From a virus: a stretch of 64,000 nt of DNA. The notes beneath the pieces are model-generated. The model ran no database searches, had not been told where the DNA came from, and saw nothing but the letters and a program-made list of their open reading frames with translations. A program made the translations under genes and the position numbers. Every line of letters starts with the position of its first letter. The first letter of the stretch is position 1. Of this stretch, positions 1 through 7,505 are shown one piece after another. The stretch covers positions 1 to 64,000 of the IMG/VR virus record IMGVR_UViG_3300036818_000089, one strand, 5' to 3'.

Positions 1-237
1 CCACTCCACGGGCGAGTCCTCGGTGACCGGCTTGTCGGCGTCGAACCCGAAGATCCGGCACATCTGCTGGCCGGTCGGCACGTCGACGCCTTCGTCCCAG
101 CGGAACACGCGCACCACGAAGGGGTCGACGTTCTCGTCGTACATGCGGACGAACTGGCCGGGACGGATGTGGATGGCCAGACGGTTGCGCCCGTGCTTCT
201 CCAACAGGTCCAGGCGGCTCACGGTCGTGGTGGTCAT
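1..237 (-). CDS. hypothetical protein (runs off left edge)
   Basis: ATG at 237 with GGAGG RBS at ~241-246; open frame MTTTTVSRLDLLEKHG... to window edge. Confidence 0.65.
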   Translation of the reverse strand, partial: MTTTTVSRLDLLEKHGRNRLAIHIRPGQFVRMYDENVDPFVVRVFRWDEGVDVPTGQQMCRIFGFDADKPVTEDSPVEW

Positions 238-275
238 GTGTCCTCCAAGGACGCAGGGACGGGCGGGTGGGTGGG

Positions 276-659
276 TCAGTCGAGCGGGTCGGTGCTGGTC
301 GAGCCGCAGGCGCAGGCGCGGATGCAGCGGCAGTCGGGGTCACCGTCGAACGGCGTGGAGTCGGCCAGCGCCTGGGCGTCGACCTCGAAGGTGAACCGGC
401 GGGCCTCCGCCATCGACGTGAAGCCCAGCTGCATGCGGTCCAGCTCGTCCCACATCCACTCGCCGGTGGGCTGGTGCTGCACGGCGACCCGGCCTTCGCG
501 GACGTAGCGCCAGGTGCCGTCCTTCGAGACCCGGACGTCGCCGGCGCCGGAGGCGAGCGGGGTCTTGGGGGCAGCCTTGACGGCGGCGGTCATGGGGATC
601 TGGTTGACGCCGAGGTTGGCTGTGCCGCCTGCGGGGTGGACGGTGATCGTGGTGTTCAT
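276..659 (-). CDS. hypothetical phage protein
   Basis: ORF with GGAG RBS, downstream of predicted promoter at ~700-730. Confidence 0.65.
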   Translation of the reverse strand: MNTTITVHPAGGTANLGVNQIPMTAAVKAAPKTPLASGAGDVRVSKDGTWRYVREGRVAVQHQPTGEWMWDELDRMQLGFTSMAEARRFTFEVDAQALADSTPFDGDPDCRCIRACACGSTSTDPLD

Positions 660-699
660 CCGGGTTGCTCCGTGGTGCCGTTCTGTCTGTGGTGACATC

Positions 700-747
700 A
701 GGCTACCGTCTCTAACCTACGATAAGCAAGGTTATCGTAGGTTAGAG
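700..747 (-). promoter_or_regulatory. Leftward promoter overlapped by 16-bp-arm palindrome (operator-like)
   Basis: CTCTAACCTACGATAA-gcaagg-TTATCGTAGGTTAGAG (710-747); minus strand TTGCTT-18 nt-TAGCCT. Confidence 0.6.
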
Positions 748-1047
748 GTGGAGTTGTCCACGAAATGTCCGGTCAAGCGGGTCCTATGTGCCAGCGCGCC
801 GAGGAACCCTCGACAAACCAGGGTCGATCTCCACCTCGCAGTCGACCAATCCCACCCAGTCCCCCACCGACGTCACCCACCACTCACGCAACACGCCAGC
901 ACCAGCCGTTCGCAGCGGTGAAGGTGTCCCACGTCAACGGCGCCACACGGGGCGCGTGCGCAGCGACACCGGCCGCGGGTTGCATGGTTGCCCGCCCGAC
1001 CTGGAAACCCCCAACACCCCGTCGGGCCGGGCCCGTAACCTCCGGGG

Positions 1048-1449
1048 ATGCTGCGGATGCCCGGACGGATCCTCGACGCCGTCACCACCCACTGCCGCCA
1101 CTCCCACCCCGTTGAGGCCTGCGGGATACTCGCCGGCCCGGTCGGCGGCGACCCGGACGAGGTCATCCCCATGACCAACACGCACAAGTCGAGCGTGCGG
1201 TACGGGTTCGACCCGCAGGAGCAGTTGACTGTGTGGCAACAGCTCGCCGACGCTGGCCGCGCGCCGCTGGTGATCTACCACTCCCACACCAACAGCGGCT
1301 CGACCATGTCCCGCACAGACATCGAATCTGCGGCCGAACCGGGAGCCCACTACCTGATCGTGTCTACCGCCCCGGATGCTTCGGCGGTGCGGGCGTGGCG
1401 TGTGGTGGACGGTGCCGCGGTCGAATCGCCGATCGAAGTCGTCCCGTAG
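1048..1449 (+). CDS. JAB/MPN+ (M67, Mec-like) metallopeptidase
   Basis: EACG...YHSH...S.TD JAMM motif; 133 aa. Confidence 0.88.
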   Translation: MLRMPGRILDAVTTHCRHSHPVEACGILAGPVGGDPDEVIPMTNTHKSSVRYGFDPQEQLTVWQQLADAGRAPLVIYHSHTNSGSTMSRTDIESAAEPGAHYLIVSTAPDASAVRAWRVVDGAAVESPIEVVP

Positions 1450-1513
1450 CCGGTACCGAACCGTCACCCAGGTTTCGTCACGGTGACAGTTCGGGTGGTC
1501 TCGCATCGGATCG

Positions 1514-1723
1514 TCATCGGCGAGTCCTCGCCCGCAACGGACCCGAATCGCCAGCATCCCCCACCACGCACCCAGGCGGGGACTGGCGGTTCTCGGCCGC
1601 AGTCACCGGCACCCGAAGATGCCCCACCCGCTGGCCGCTGTTCCACAGCCACCACTCCACGTCACCACCAACACCAGCCAGCATCCCGACAGCGGCGCGC
1701 TCCACCCTGCCTGCCGACGACAA
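1514..1723 (-). CDS. small hypothetical protein
   Basis: ORF co-oriented with the leftward arm. Confidence 0.35.
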   Translation of the reverse strand: MSSAGRVERAAVGMLAGVGGDVEWWLWNSGQRVGHLRVPVTAAENRQSPPGCVVGDAGDSGPLRARTRR

Positions 1724-1795
1724 ACGGCGCTGATAGTCAGGAGTCCAGAGAGAAAGGGAGGCATGCCAGACTGGCAGCCCATCGTTGAGACGCGC

Positions 1796-1981
1796 TCAAC
1801 GGTCCACCGCGAGGATCGACATCAGAAGGTTCCCGTCTCGCTGCTCCTGTACCGCCCGCCACGGCTCGAGGTCACCTTCCGTGCCGCTCAACGGGTGCGT
1901 GAGCGCGAATTCGCGACGATCATGCGCGGCCCTCCCGGTGTCGTCCGTGAGGGCTGTGGCCCGGTCCCCGTCGTCGCTCAT
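1796..1981 (-). CDS. small hypothetical protein
   Basis: ATGA overlap with upstream gene. Confidence 0.45.
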   Translation of the reverse strand: MSDDGDRATALTDDTGRAAHDRREFALTHPLSGTEGDLEPWRAVQEQRDGNLLMSILAVDR

Positions 1982-2409
1982 GTCCGCCCCGTGTCGAGCC
2001 TGTAGCGCTCGGCCAGCGCGCGGATGGTGTCGCAAGGCCACGCCTCAGCCTCGTCTTCCGGCACATAGGGCACGCGGCAAGTCAGGCAATCGACATAGCC
2101 GCCAGCCCTGTGCGGCAGGTGCAGATTGAGGATCTTCCGGTCGGCTGCGCACCCGCGCAGCACGTCGGCCGGGTCGTTGTCGGCGATGTGCTCGGCCATC
2201 TCTGTGCCATCGGTCTGGAGGCCGCGCCAGTGCTTGTCCTGCTCGTACGGGGTGTGGAACTCCGGCGGCCACATGTAGACCATCTCCGGCGAGTTCCACT
2301 CTTCACTGCCGTTGCCGACGTGCCACTCCGCTGGGCATCTGACCGCTCGCGCTTTGGCGTCCTTGGCCTCGATCGCTGCGAGCAGTCGAGTCACCAGGTC
2401 ATCCGTCAT
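1978..2409 (-). CDS. DUF6221-like protein
   Basis: AEHIADNDPADVLR...PCDTIRALA.Y motif pattern. Confidence 0.75.
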   Translation of the reverse strand: MTDDLVTRLLAAIEAKDAKARAVRCPAEWHVGNGSEEWNSPEMVYMWPPEFHTPYEQDKHWRGLQTDGTEMAEHIADNDPADVLRGCAADRKILNLHLPHRAGGYVDCLTCRVPYVPEDEAEAWPCDTIRALAERYRLDTGRT

Positions 2410-2806
2410 GTCCGCCAGTCTCCCTGTCTGTGGCGGTGTGGTCCTCGCCAGTCGGTTCGAGCGAGACGTCCAGATCCCGCGCCACGGCCTGGAGCGCCGT
2501 GATGGCCCGACCGACCTGGGCGGCCTGTTTCGCGGACAGCAGGCGAGGACGCAGCGGCGGCGCGTAGGCGTCTCCTGTCAGCAGCCAGCGCGCATCGGTC
2601 CCGGTCGCCTCGCCGATCTGCACGACACGCTCCGCGAGGATCGCTTGGCGGCCAGCTTCGATGTTCGCCACGGACGAGCGCGTCAGGTTGAGGTGGTCGG
2701 CTAGTTCGGCCTGGGTCAGCGCTGCCGCTTGGCGTGCCTGCGCGATCCGGCCGCCGAGGTCGACTTCGTACGGGCTCGGCTCTCCCGAGACCACTTCGTC
2801 GCTCAC
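2399..2806 (-). CDS. XRE-family HTH transcriptional regulator
   Basis: RIAQARQAAALTQAELADHLNLTRSSVANIEAGRQ. Confidence 0.9.
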   Translation of the reverse strand: MSDEVVSGEPSPYEVDLGGRIAQARQAAALTQAELADHLNLTRSSVANIEAGRQAILAERVVQIGEATGTDARWLLTGDAYAPPLRPRLLSAKQAAQVGRAITALQAVARDLDVSLEPTGEDHTATDRETGGHDG

Positions 2807-2861
2807 GTGCCGTCGTCCTTTCGTCCGGTGTGGTCCTCGCCTGAAGGGTGGAGACGGGAGG

Positions 2862-3083
2862 TCACGACGTGCGCTCGCCGTCGCTCAGGTCGTAGATCTG
2901 CACGCAGTCCATCTCCCACGGCATGTCCTCCAGCACGCTGTGGAGGTGCCGCCCGCAGGCGAACGCGCGGACTACCGGCTGCAGGTCGTGGCCTTCGAGG
3001 TTGCAGATGGACCAGCGGGCGCGGTGATCCTTGCCGTGGTTCCTGACGCCGCATGGCTGGCCGATCTCGTCGTCGTCAGCCAT
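2862..3083 (-). CDS. small Cys/His-rich hypothetical protein
   Basis: Overlapping-start operon structure. Confidence 0.5.
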   Translation of the reverse strand: MADDDEIGQPCGVRNHGKDHRARWSICNLEGHDLQPVVRAFACGRHLHSVLEDMPWEMDCVQIYDLSDGERTS

Positions 3084-3291
3084 GCGTCTCGTCTTCCTTT
3101 CGCTCGCCGGCCACACCCAGACTGGCGGCGTCGTCGATGGCATCCATCCAGTAGTCGCGGTCGTCGGCGTCGAGGTCCTCCCAGGGCGTCCAGGAGTAGC
3201 CGTAGACGTGCACGTCGCGGTCGATCATCGCGGCGTCGTAGCGGTCCTTCGCCAGCCGTTCCCGGATCGCCCGGTCGAGGTCACTGGGCAC
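3076..3291 (-). CDS. hypothetical protein
   Basis: Operon-packed ORF; WEDL..DDRDYW motif common in phage small proteins. Confidence 0.55.
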   Translation of the reverse strand: MPSDLDRAIRERLAKDRYDAAMIDRDVHVYGYSWTPWEDLDADDRDYWMDAIDDAASLGVAGERKEDETHG

Positions 3292-3478
3292 GGAGAGCCT
3301 CCCGTGGGACTCGGTAGGTACGCCCGCAGTTCGGGCAGTCACCGACGGTGCGACGCCGACGCCAGCCAGCGCGGCGCACGTTCTCCAACGGCGTCCGCCA
3401 CGTCACGCCCTCCAGCAGCGACGTGTCGCAGTTCGGACAACAGACCGAGCCCTCGACGATCAGCGCGAGGTCAGCCAC
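3281..3478 (-). CDS. zinc-ribbon protein
   Basis: Two CPNC motifs. Confidence 0.6.
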   Translation of the reverse strand: MADLALIVEGSVCCPNCDTSLLEGVTWRTPLENVRRAGWRRRRTVGDCPNCGRTYRVPREALRAQ

Positions 3479-3773
3479 GGTCGTCTCCCTGCTTGGCGGT
3501 CACGTGGTAGCTGGACAGCAGCCCGTCGGCGATGTCCTCGGCTTCGGGGAACGGGTTGTGGTTGGACAGGTCGCCGATCATCTCGACCAGCGCCTCCCGG
3601 CCCACTGTCGGGGCAGGCGCGGCGTTGCGGCGGTAGAACTCGATCGCTGCTCGTGCCACGGCCTGCTCGTCGGCGATCCAGTCGCCTCGATGCGTGGTCT
3701 TCATGACCGCGTGGTTGCACGCCTGCTCGATCAGCGCCCGCTCGGCTGCTGCGGTGAGGTCATCACTGGCCAT
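3471..3773 (-). CDS. hypothetical protein
   Basis: TGA/ATG-coupled ORF. Confidence 0.55.
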   Translation of the reverse strand: MASDDLTAAAERALIEQACNHAVMKTTHRGDWIADEQAVARAAIEFYRRNAAPAPTVGREALVEMIGDLSNHNPFPEAEDIADGLLSSYHVTAKQGDDRG

Positions 3774-3997
3774 CAGGTGACTCCGTTCGCTGCTGGGATC
3801 TGGTCGCGCCTCGCCTGTATGGCGGTGAGCAGGTCGCCCAGTTCGGACGCTGCGGCGTTGGCGGCGTTCTCGATGGTGCCGTCGTCCCACATCGCCTTGG
3901 CCGCGTCGTGCTCGATGCCCTCGGCTGTCTTGAGGGCGTCGATGACCGAGTCCTCTTGTGCGGTCAGTTCCATGTAGAGCACGTCGTCATTCGCCAT
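3773..3997 (-). CDS. small acidic hypothetical protein
   Basis: GGAGG RBS, coupled ORF. Confidence 0.65.
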   Translation of the reverse strand: MANDDVLYMELTAQEDSVIDALKTAEGIEHDAAKAMWDDGTIENAANAAASELGDLLTAIQARRDQIPAANGVT

Positions 3998-4550
3998 CGC
4001 CGTCCTCCTTGTCGTGTGCCTCCGTACCGGACCCAGACGAGGGAGCGGGAAATGCGATGGGCAGCACGCTGGCCGCGACGTACAGCGGATGCCACGGCTC
4101 GCCGGTCGATGTCGTCTTCAGGCAGCGGAGTCGCACGCCGAACCCGGCAAGCATGGACACGATCGTCCGACTGCGGTCATTGCGGCTGCCGTGGTTGCCC
4201 CAGGCGCATACCGTCAACGGCGACTCAGCGGATCGGCGAAGGTGCAGGTCGTTGTCTGGCCCGACCGGATCCGGGTGGTTCCACAGCGCCGCAGGATCGG
4301 TCGCCCGCAGTGCGTACAGATTGCGCACCATGATGCCCGCGTAGCCCCACGCGCGGGCGAACCCAATGCAGCGGCGGATCGTCGGGTCGTCATGCTCCGC
4401 GTCGGCCGTGGACGGATTGAGCATGATCCAGCCCAGCAGCGGTCCGTCCGCCCAGTGCCGCGTGAGCCAGTAGCGGTAGGTGCCGCACGGGCTGATGCCG
4501 GCGTCCTTCGCGGTCGCCGTGTCGATGTTGAACAGGGCTGGCTCAGTCAT
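3987..4550 (-). CDS. DUF1643 domain protein
   Basis: YRYWLTR..W, IMLNPSTAD, DDPTIRRC, CAWG, PWHPLY motifs. Confidence 0.9.
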   Translation of the reverse strand: MTEPALFNIDTATAKDAGISPCGTYRYWLTRHWADGPLLGWIMLNPSTADAEHDDPTIRRCIGFARAWGYAGIMVRNLYALRATDPAALWNHPDPVGPDNDLHLRRSAESPLTVCAWGNHGSRNDRSRTIVSMLAGFGVRLRCLKTTSTGEPWHPLYVAASVLPIAFPAPSSGSGTEAHDKEDGDGE

Positions 4551-5478
4551 CGCGCGCCTCGTCCTGTGGTTCGGGTTGGGCGGCAGGGGCGGGGGCATAG
4601 TCGTAGCTGGGCTCATCGGCCGCCTGGTCCTCGCTGACCTGCTCGTCGGTCCAGCACGTCGGATAGGAGTAGTCGGGGATGGTGCAGCCGTTGCAGCCGT
4701 TGCGGTGCGGCCAGGACGACGCCCCGATCTCCGTGACGTTCTCCCGCAGCACCACCCACGGCTTGCCGTCATCGCGCAGGACGTACGCCTCGTCGACGCC
4801 GTCCACCGTGCCGTAGGAGATCAGCCAGCCCTCCCACGAGTCGCCCTCCCACTCGTAGCGGACCCGCTGATGGGTGTGCCCGTCCGGGACTTCGCGGGTC
4901 GCGGTCACGTGCAGCGTGGTGACCTTGCTCGGCTGCTCGGCGGGTTGGGTGGCAGGAGCGGGCCAGTGGCCGGGCACGTCGCAGCGGCCATCGAACAGCT
5001 CGCCGTAGATGTGATGTGATCCCTGCTCGGTGCACGGGCCGAACGCCCGCATCGCGAAGTCGGGGCTCGGCGGCTCGGCGGGTTGGGTGGCCACACCCCG
5101 CCACGACTTGATCACCGCCGTGACCGCGGCAGGCTGGACGTGACCGTTCAACTCGCTGCGGAGCACGCCGCGGATCTGGGCGGTCGCGTCCTCGGGCACC
5201 ACCACAGCGCGGGCGAGACGGGCCTCCAGGGCATCCACACGGGCACGGGCAGCGTCTCGTTCCCGGCGGACCTCGTTCATCGCCGCCGCATTCCCACGGG
5301 CCATCTGGACGATCTGTCCGCGCGTCTCGGTGAACGTCCGGTCAACCTGGGACCGCGCCTCGTCCCGCTCGGCCAGCAGTTCGGCCAGCAGCGCCTCGTA
5401 GTCGGCGCGCAGGTTGTCGTGGCTCGTCTCCAGCACGGACCTCTGCAAGTCGCGCAGCACGTTGTCGTCGGTTGTCAT
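4543..5478 (-). CDS. multi-module hypothetical protein with coiled coil
   Basis: Coiled-coil N-half (ERDEAR...ERDAAR); two ATQPAE linkers. Confidence 0.65.
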   Translation of the reverse strand: MTTDDNVLRDLQRSVLETSHDNLRADYEALLAELLAERDEARSQVDRTFTETRGQIVQMARGNAAAMNEVRRERDAARARVDALEARLARAVVVPEDATAQIRGVLRSELNGHVQPAAVTAVIKSWRGVATQPAEPPSPDFAMRAFGPCTEQGSHHIYGELFDGRCDVPGHWPAPATQPAEQPSKVTTLHVTATREVPDGHTHQRVRYEWEGDSWEGWLISYGTVDGVDEAYVLRDDGKPWVVLRENVTEIGASSWPHRNGCNGCTIPDYSYPTCWTDEQVSEDQAADEPSYDYAPAPAAQPEPQDEARDD

Positions 5479-5675
5479 CGGCCAGCCTCCAGTTCCTTCG
5501 GATCCGGCATCCCCGGCTCGGTATCCCACTGCCGGTTCTGGATATAGGACTCGATGGCGTACAGAGATTCGTCGACGCTGTCCCAGGCGCCGGACGACCC
5601 AAATCCGATTTCGGTCCAACCCTTGTCATCGTTGGCCTGGATCGTGTACTCGATCCGGTACTCGCGTTCGCTCAC
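5475..5675 (-). CDS. small hypothetical protein
   Basis: Coupled ORF. Confidence 0.6.
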   Translation of the reverse strand: MSEREYRIEYTIQANDDKGWTEIGFGSSGAWDSVDESLYAIESYIQNRQWDTEPGMPDPKELEAGR

Positions 5676-6145
5676 TGCTGCTTCCCCCTCAGTGCCGCAA
5701 GGGCGGCGTCGGCGTAGTCAGCGGCAGCGATCAGCCGCCAGCCGAGCGAGCGGCCTTCCTCAGCGGACAGCGGCACCGTCGTCAGCCACGTCATCAGGCC
5801 GACACCGGGCTTGGTGTCCTCGACCCAGGCGGTCACTCGCGTGAACGTTTCGAGCTGCCCCTTCGGCATGACCCAGCTAGCGCCGTCGTCGAGTACTTCG
5901 TCGGGCGCGAGCTTGGCTTCGTCGTCCGGCTGTGCCGCTGGGGCAGCGAGCGCGGCGGCGGCCATTGCTGCGTCGTATGCGGCTTGGCGGATGGCGACGT
6001 CCACGTAGGCGTCGCGGTTGGCGCGGTTGCGCCAGCCTGCGTAGACGCTGGCGGCGATCTCACCGGCCCTCTTGTAGATGCGCTCGCGCGCTGCCTGTTC
6101 GGTTGGGTTGGGGTTGGCGGTGGGGCCAGCCGGGTCGGGAATCAT
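5672..6145 (-). CDS. hypothetical protein
   Basis: Coupled ORF, starts MIPDPAGPT. Confidence 0.6.
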   Translation of the reverse strand: MIPDPAGPTANPNPTEQAARERIYKRAGEIAASVYAGWRNRANRDAYVDVAIRQAAYDAAMAAAALAAPAAQPDDEAKLAPDEVLDDGASWVMPKGQLETFTRVTAWVEDTKPGVGLMTWLTTVPLSAEEGRSLGWRLIAAADYADAALAALRGKQQ

Positions 6146-6948
6146 GCCGCGCCTCCAAAAGGCAACTCGTCTTGCACTGAACGATGCGACGAAGCCATCT
6201 CCGCCAGCACGCTGTTACGCCAGGCCACCGCGTACCGCAGGCAGTTCGCGCAGTTCTTGTGACCCGAACACCCCGCCATCGGACCGCCCGCGCGTCGCGC
6301 CTCGAACGACCACGCCATCGAGTCCGCAGACGCCAAGTGGTGCCCGTACGTCGACAGTCCGCGGCGCTTGACACCGAACCCGTGCAGCGGGATCCCGGGG
6401 TCAACAGCGCGGATCGAGGCCATGATGTGCCCGATCTCCCCGGTAGCCTGCCGGCGGCACACCGACCCGACACCCACCACCGGGAACCGGGACAGGTCGA
6501 CACCGGCCGCGGCGTAGAGGTCCATGCACCGCAGGTAGTCGTCGCGCTGCCAGCCCTGCAGGACCGGCATGAACGGCGAGCGCGTGTCGTCGCCCCGCAG
6601 GTCTTGCAGGTGCACGAAGTTGGCGACCGTGCGGGCCTGGTGCTCGGCCACGCTCAAGCCCGTCTTGGCCAGCATGAACGGCTCGCACATCCAGTCCTGC
6701 GGCGCCGCCCACGACAGGCGGCCGATCTCGCTGTCGTAGCGGCGGACCGCGGCCACGTACTCCTGCGGGGTGGTGCGCCACTCGCTGAACAGGGACAGTT
6801 CGGAGAACCCGCCGGAGTCCAGGGCCCAGTCGGCCACGGCGCGCGGCAGGCCACGGCGCCCGGCCAGACGGCGGTGCGAGACGAACAGGGGCACGCCCGC
6901 GGTTTCCAGCCAGTGGGGCTGGTGGGTGCCCAGGTAGAAGTAGGTCAC
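6142..6948 (-). CDS. dpdA: DpdA/TGT-like deazapurine transglycosylase (7-deazaguanine DNA modification)
   Basis: LDSGGFS, PQDWMCEP, PVLQG, VGVGSVC, LHGFG, SADSMAWS motifs of the TGT fold; GTG start at 6948. Confidence 0.8.
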   Translation of the reverse strand: MTYFYLGTHQPHWLETAGVPLFVSHRRLAGRRGLPRAVADWALDSGGFSELSLFSEWRTTPQEYVAAVRRYDSEIGRLSWAAPQDWMCEPFMLAKTGLSVAEHQARTVANFVHLQDLRGDDTRSPFMPVLQGWQRDDYLRCMDLYAAAGVDLSRFPVVGVGSVCRRQATGEIGHIMASIRAVDPGIPLHGFGVKRRGLSTYGHHLASADSMAWSFEARRAGGPMAGCSGHKNCANCLRYAVAWRNSVLAEMASSHRSVQDELPFGGAA

Positions 6949-7505
6949 GCTGCCACCGCCCCGGTTCGGGTGCCGGTGGCGCGTTGGATGGTTTCGCGGA
7001 GCAGCAGGTAGGTGCCGGTCACCCAGATCGCCTTCACCAACAGTTGCCCGGCCACGGCAGGTCCGGTGATGCCCAGACCGGACAGGCCCAGGAACATCAG
7101 GGTGTCGATGACGGCGCCGGTCCAGGTTCCGGCGATCACCGCGACACGCCAACGGCGCTGGGTGCGCAGGCGGCTGTAGACGGCCATGTCGAGCGATTCG
7201 GACACCAGGAATGTGGTGCCGGAGGCGAGCGCGATCCGCCCGGATCCGGTGGCCCACGACAGGAGCGCGCCGGCCAGGATGCAGGCGAGCACCCAGCGGC
7301 GGCCCGCCGCGTCTTGCAGCGTGTTGCGTAGCGCGATCACGCCGCCGGCGAACCACGTGCCGGCTGGGGCTAGCAGTCCGAGGCCGACGTGGGTGAGGCC
7401 GTAGCGGCTGGTGACCCAGTTCGCTGCGACGATGCCGGCCAGGTACAGGGCGGCGACGAGAATGGCTGCGCGTGGCCTGGTCGGGCCAGCCGGGTCGGGG
7501 ATCAT
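6945..7505 (-). CDS. yhhQ: VUT/YhhQ-family queuosine-precursor (preQ0/preQ1) transporter
   Basis: IVAANW, PAGT, R..LQD..G, RIALAS..FLVSE.LD.AVY..LR, IDT..FL; multiple TM helices. Confidence 0.85.
   Translation of the reverse strand: MIPDPAGPTRPRAAILVAALYLAGIVAANWVTSRYGLTHVGLGLLAPAGTWFAGGVIALRNTLQDAAGRRWVLACILAGALLSWATGSGRIALASGTTFLVSESLDMAVYSRLRTQRRWRVAVIAGTWTGAVIDTLMFLGLSGLGITGPAVAGQLLVKAIWVTGTYLLLRETIQRATGTRTGAVAA

Noticed and set aside
1079-1670. CGTCACCAC matches at ~1080 and ~1660
   Set aside because: Partial matches inside or antisense to coding sequence; not counted as motif copies
6142-7356. 404-aa ORF as called in the track
   Set aside because: Its N-terminal extension overlaps the yhhQ-like gene; the true start is probably GTG at 6948
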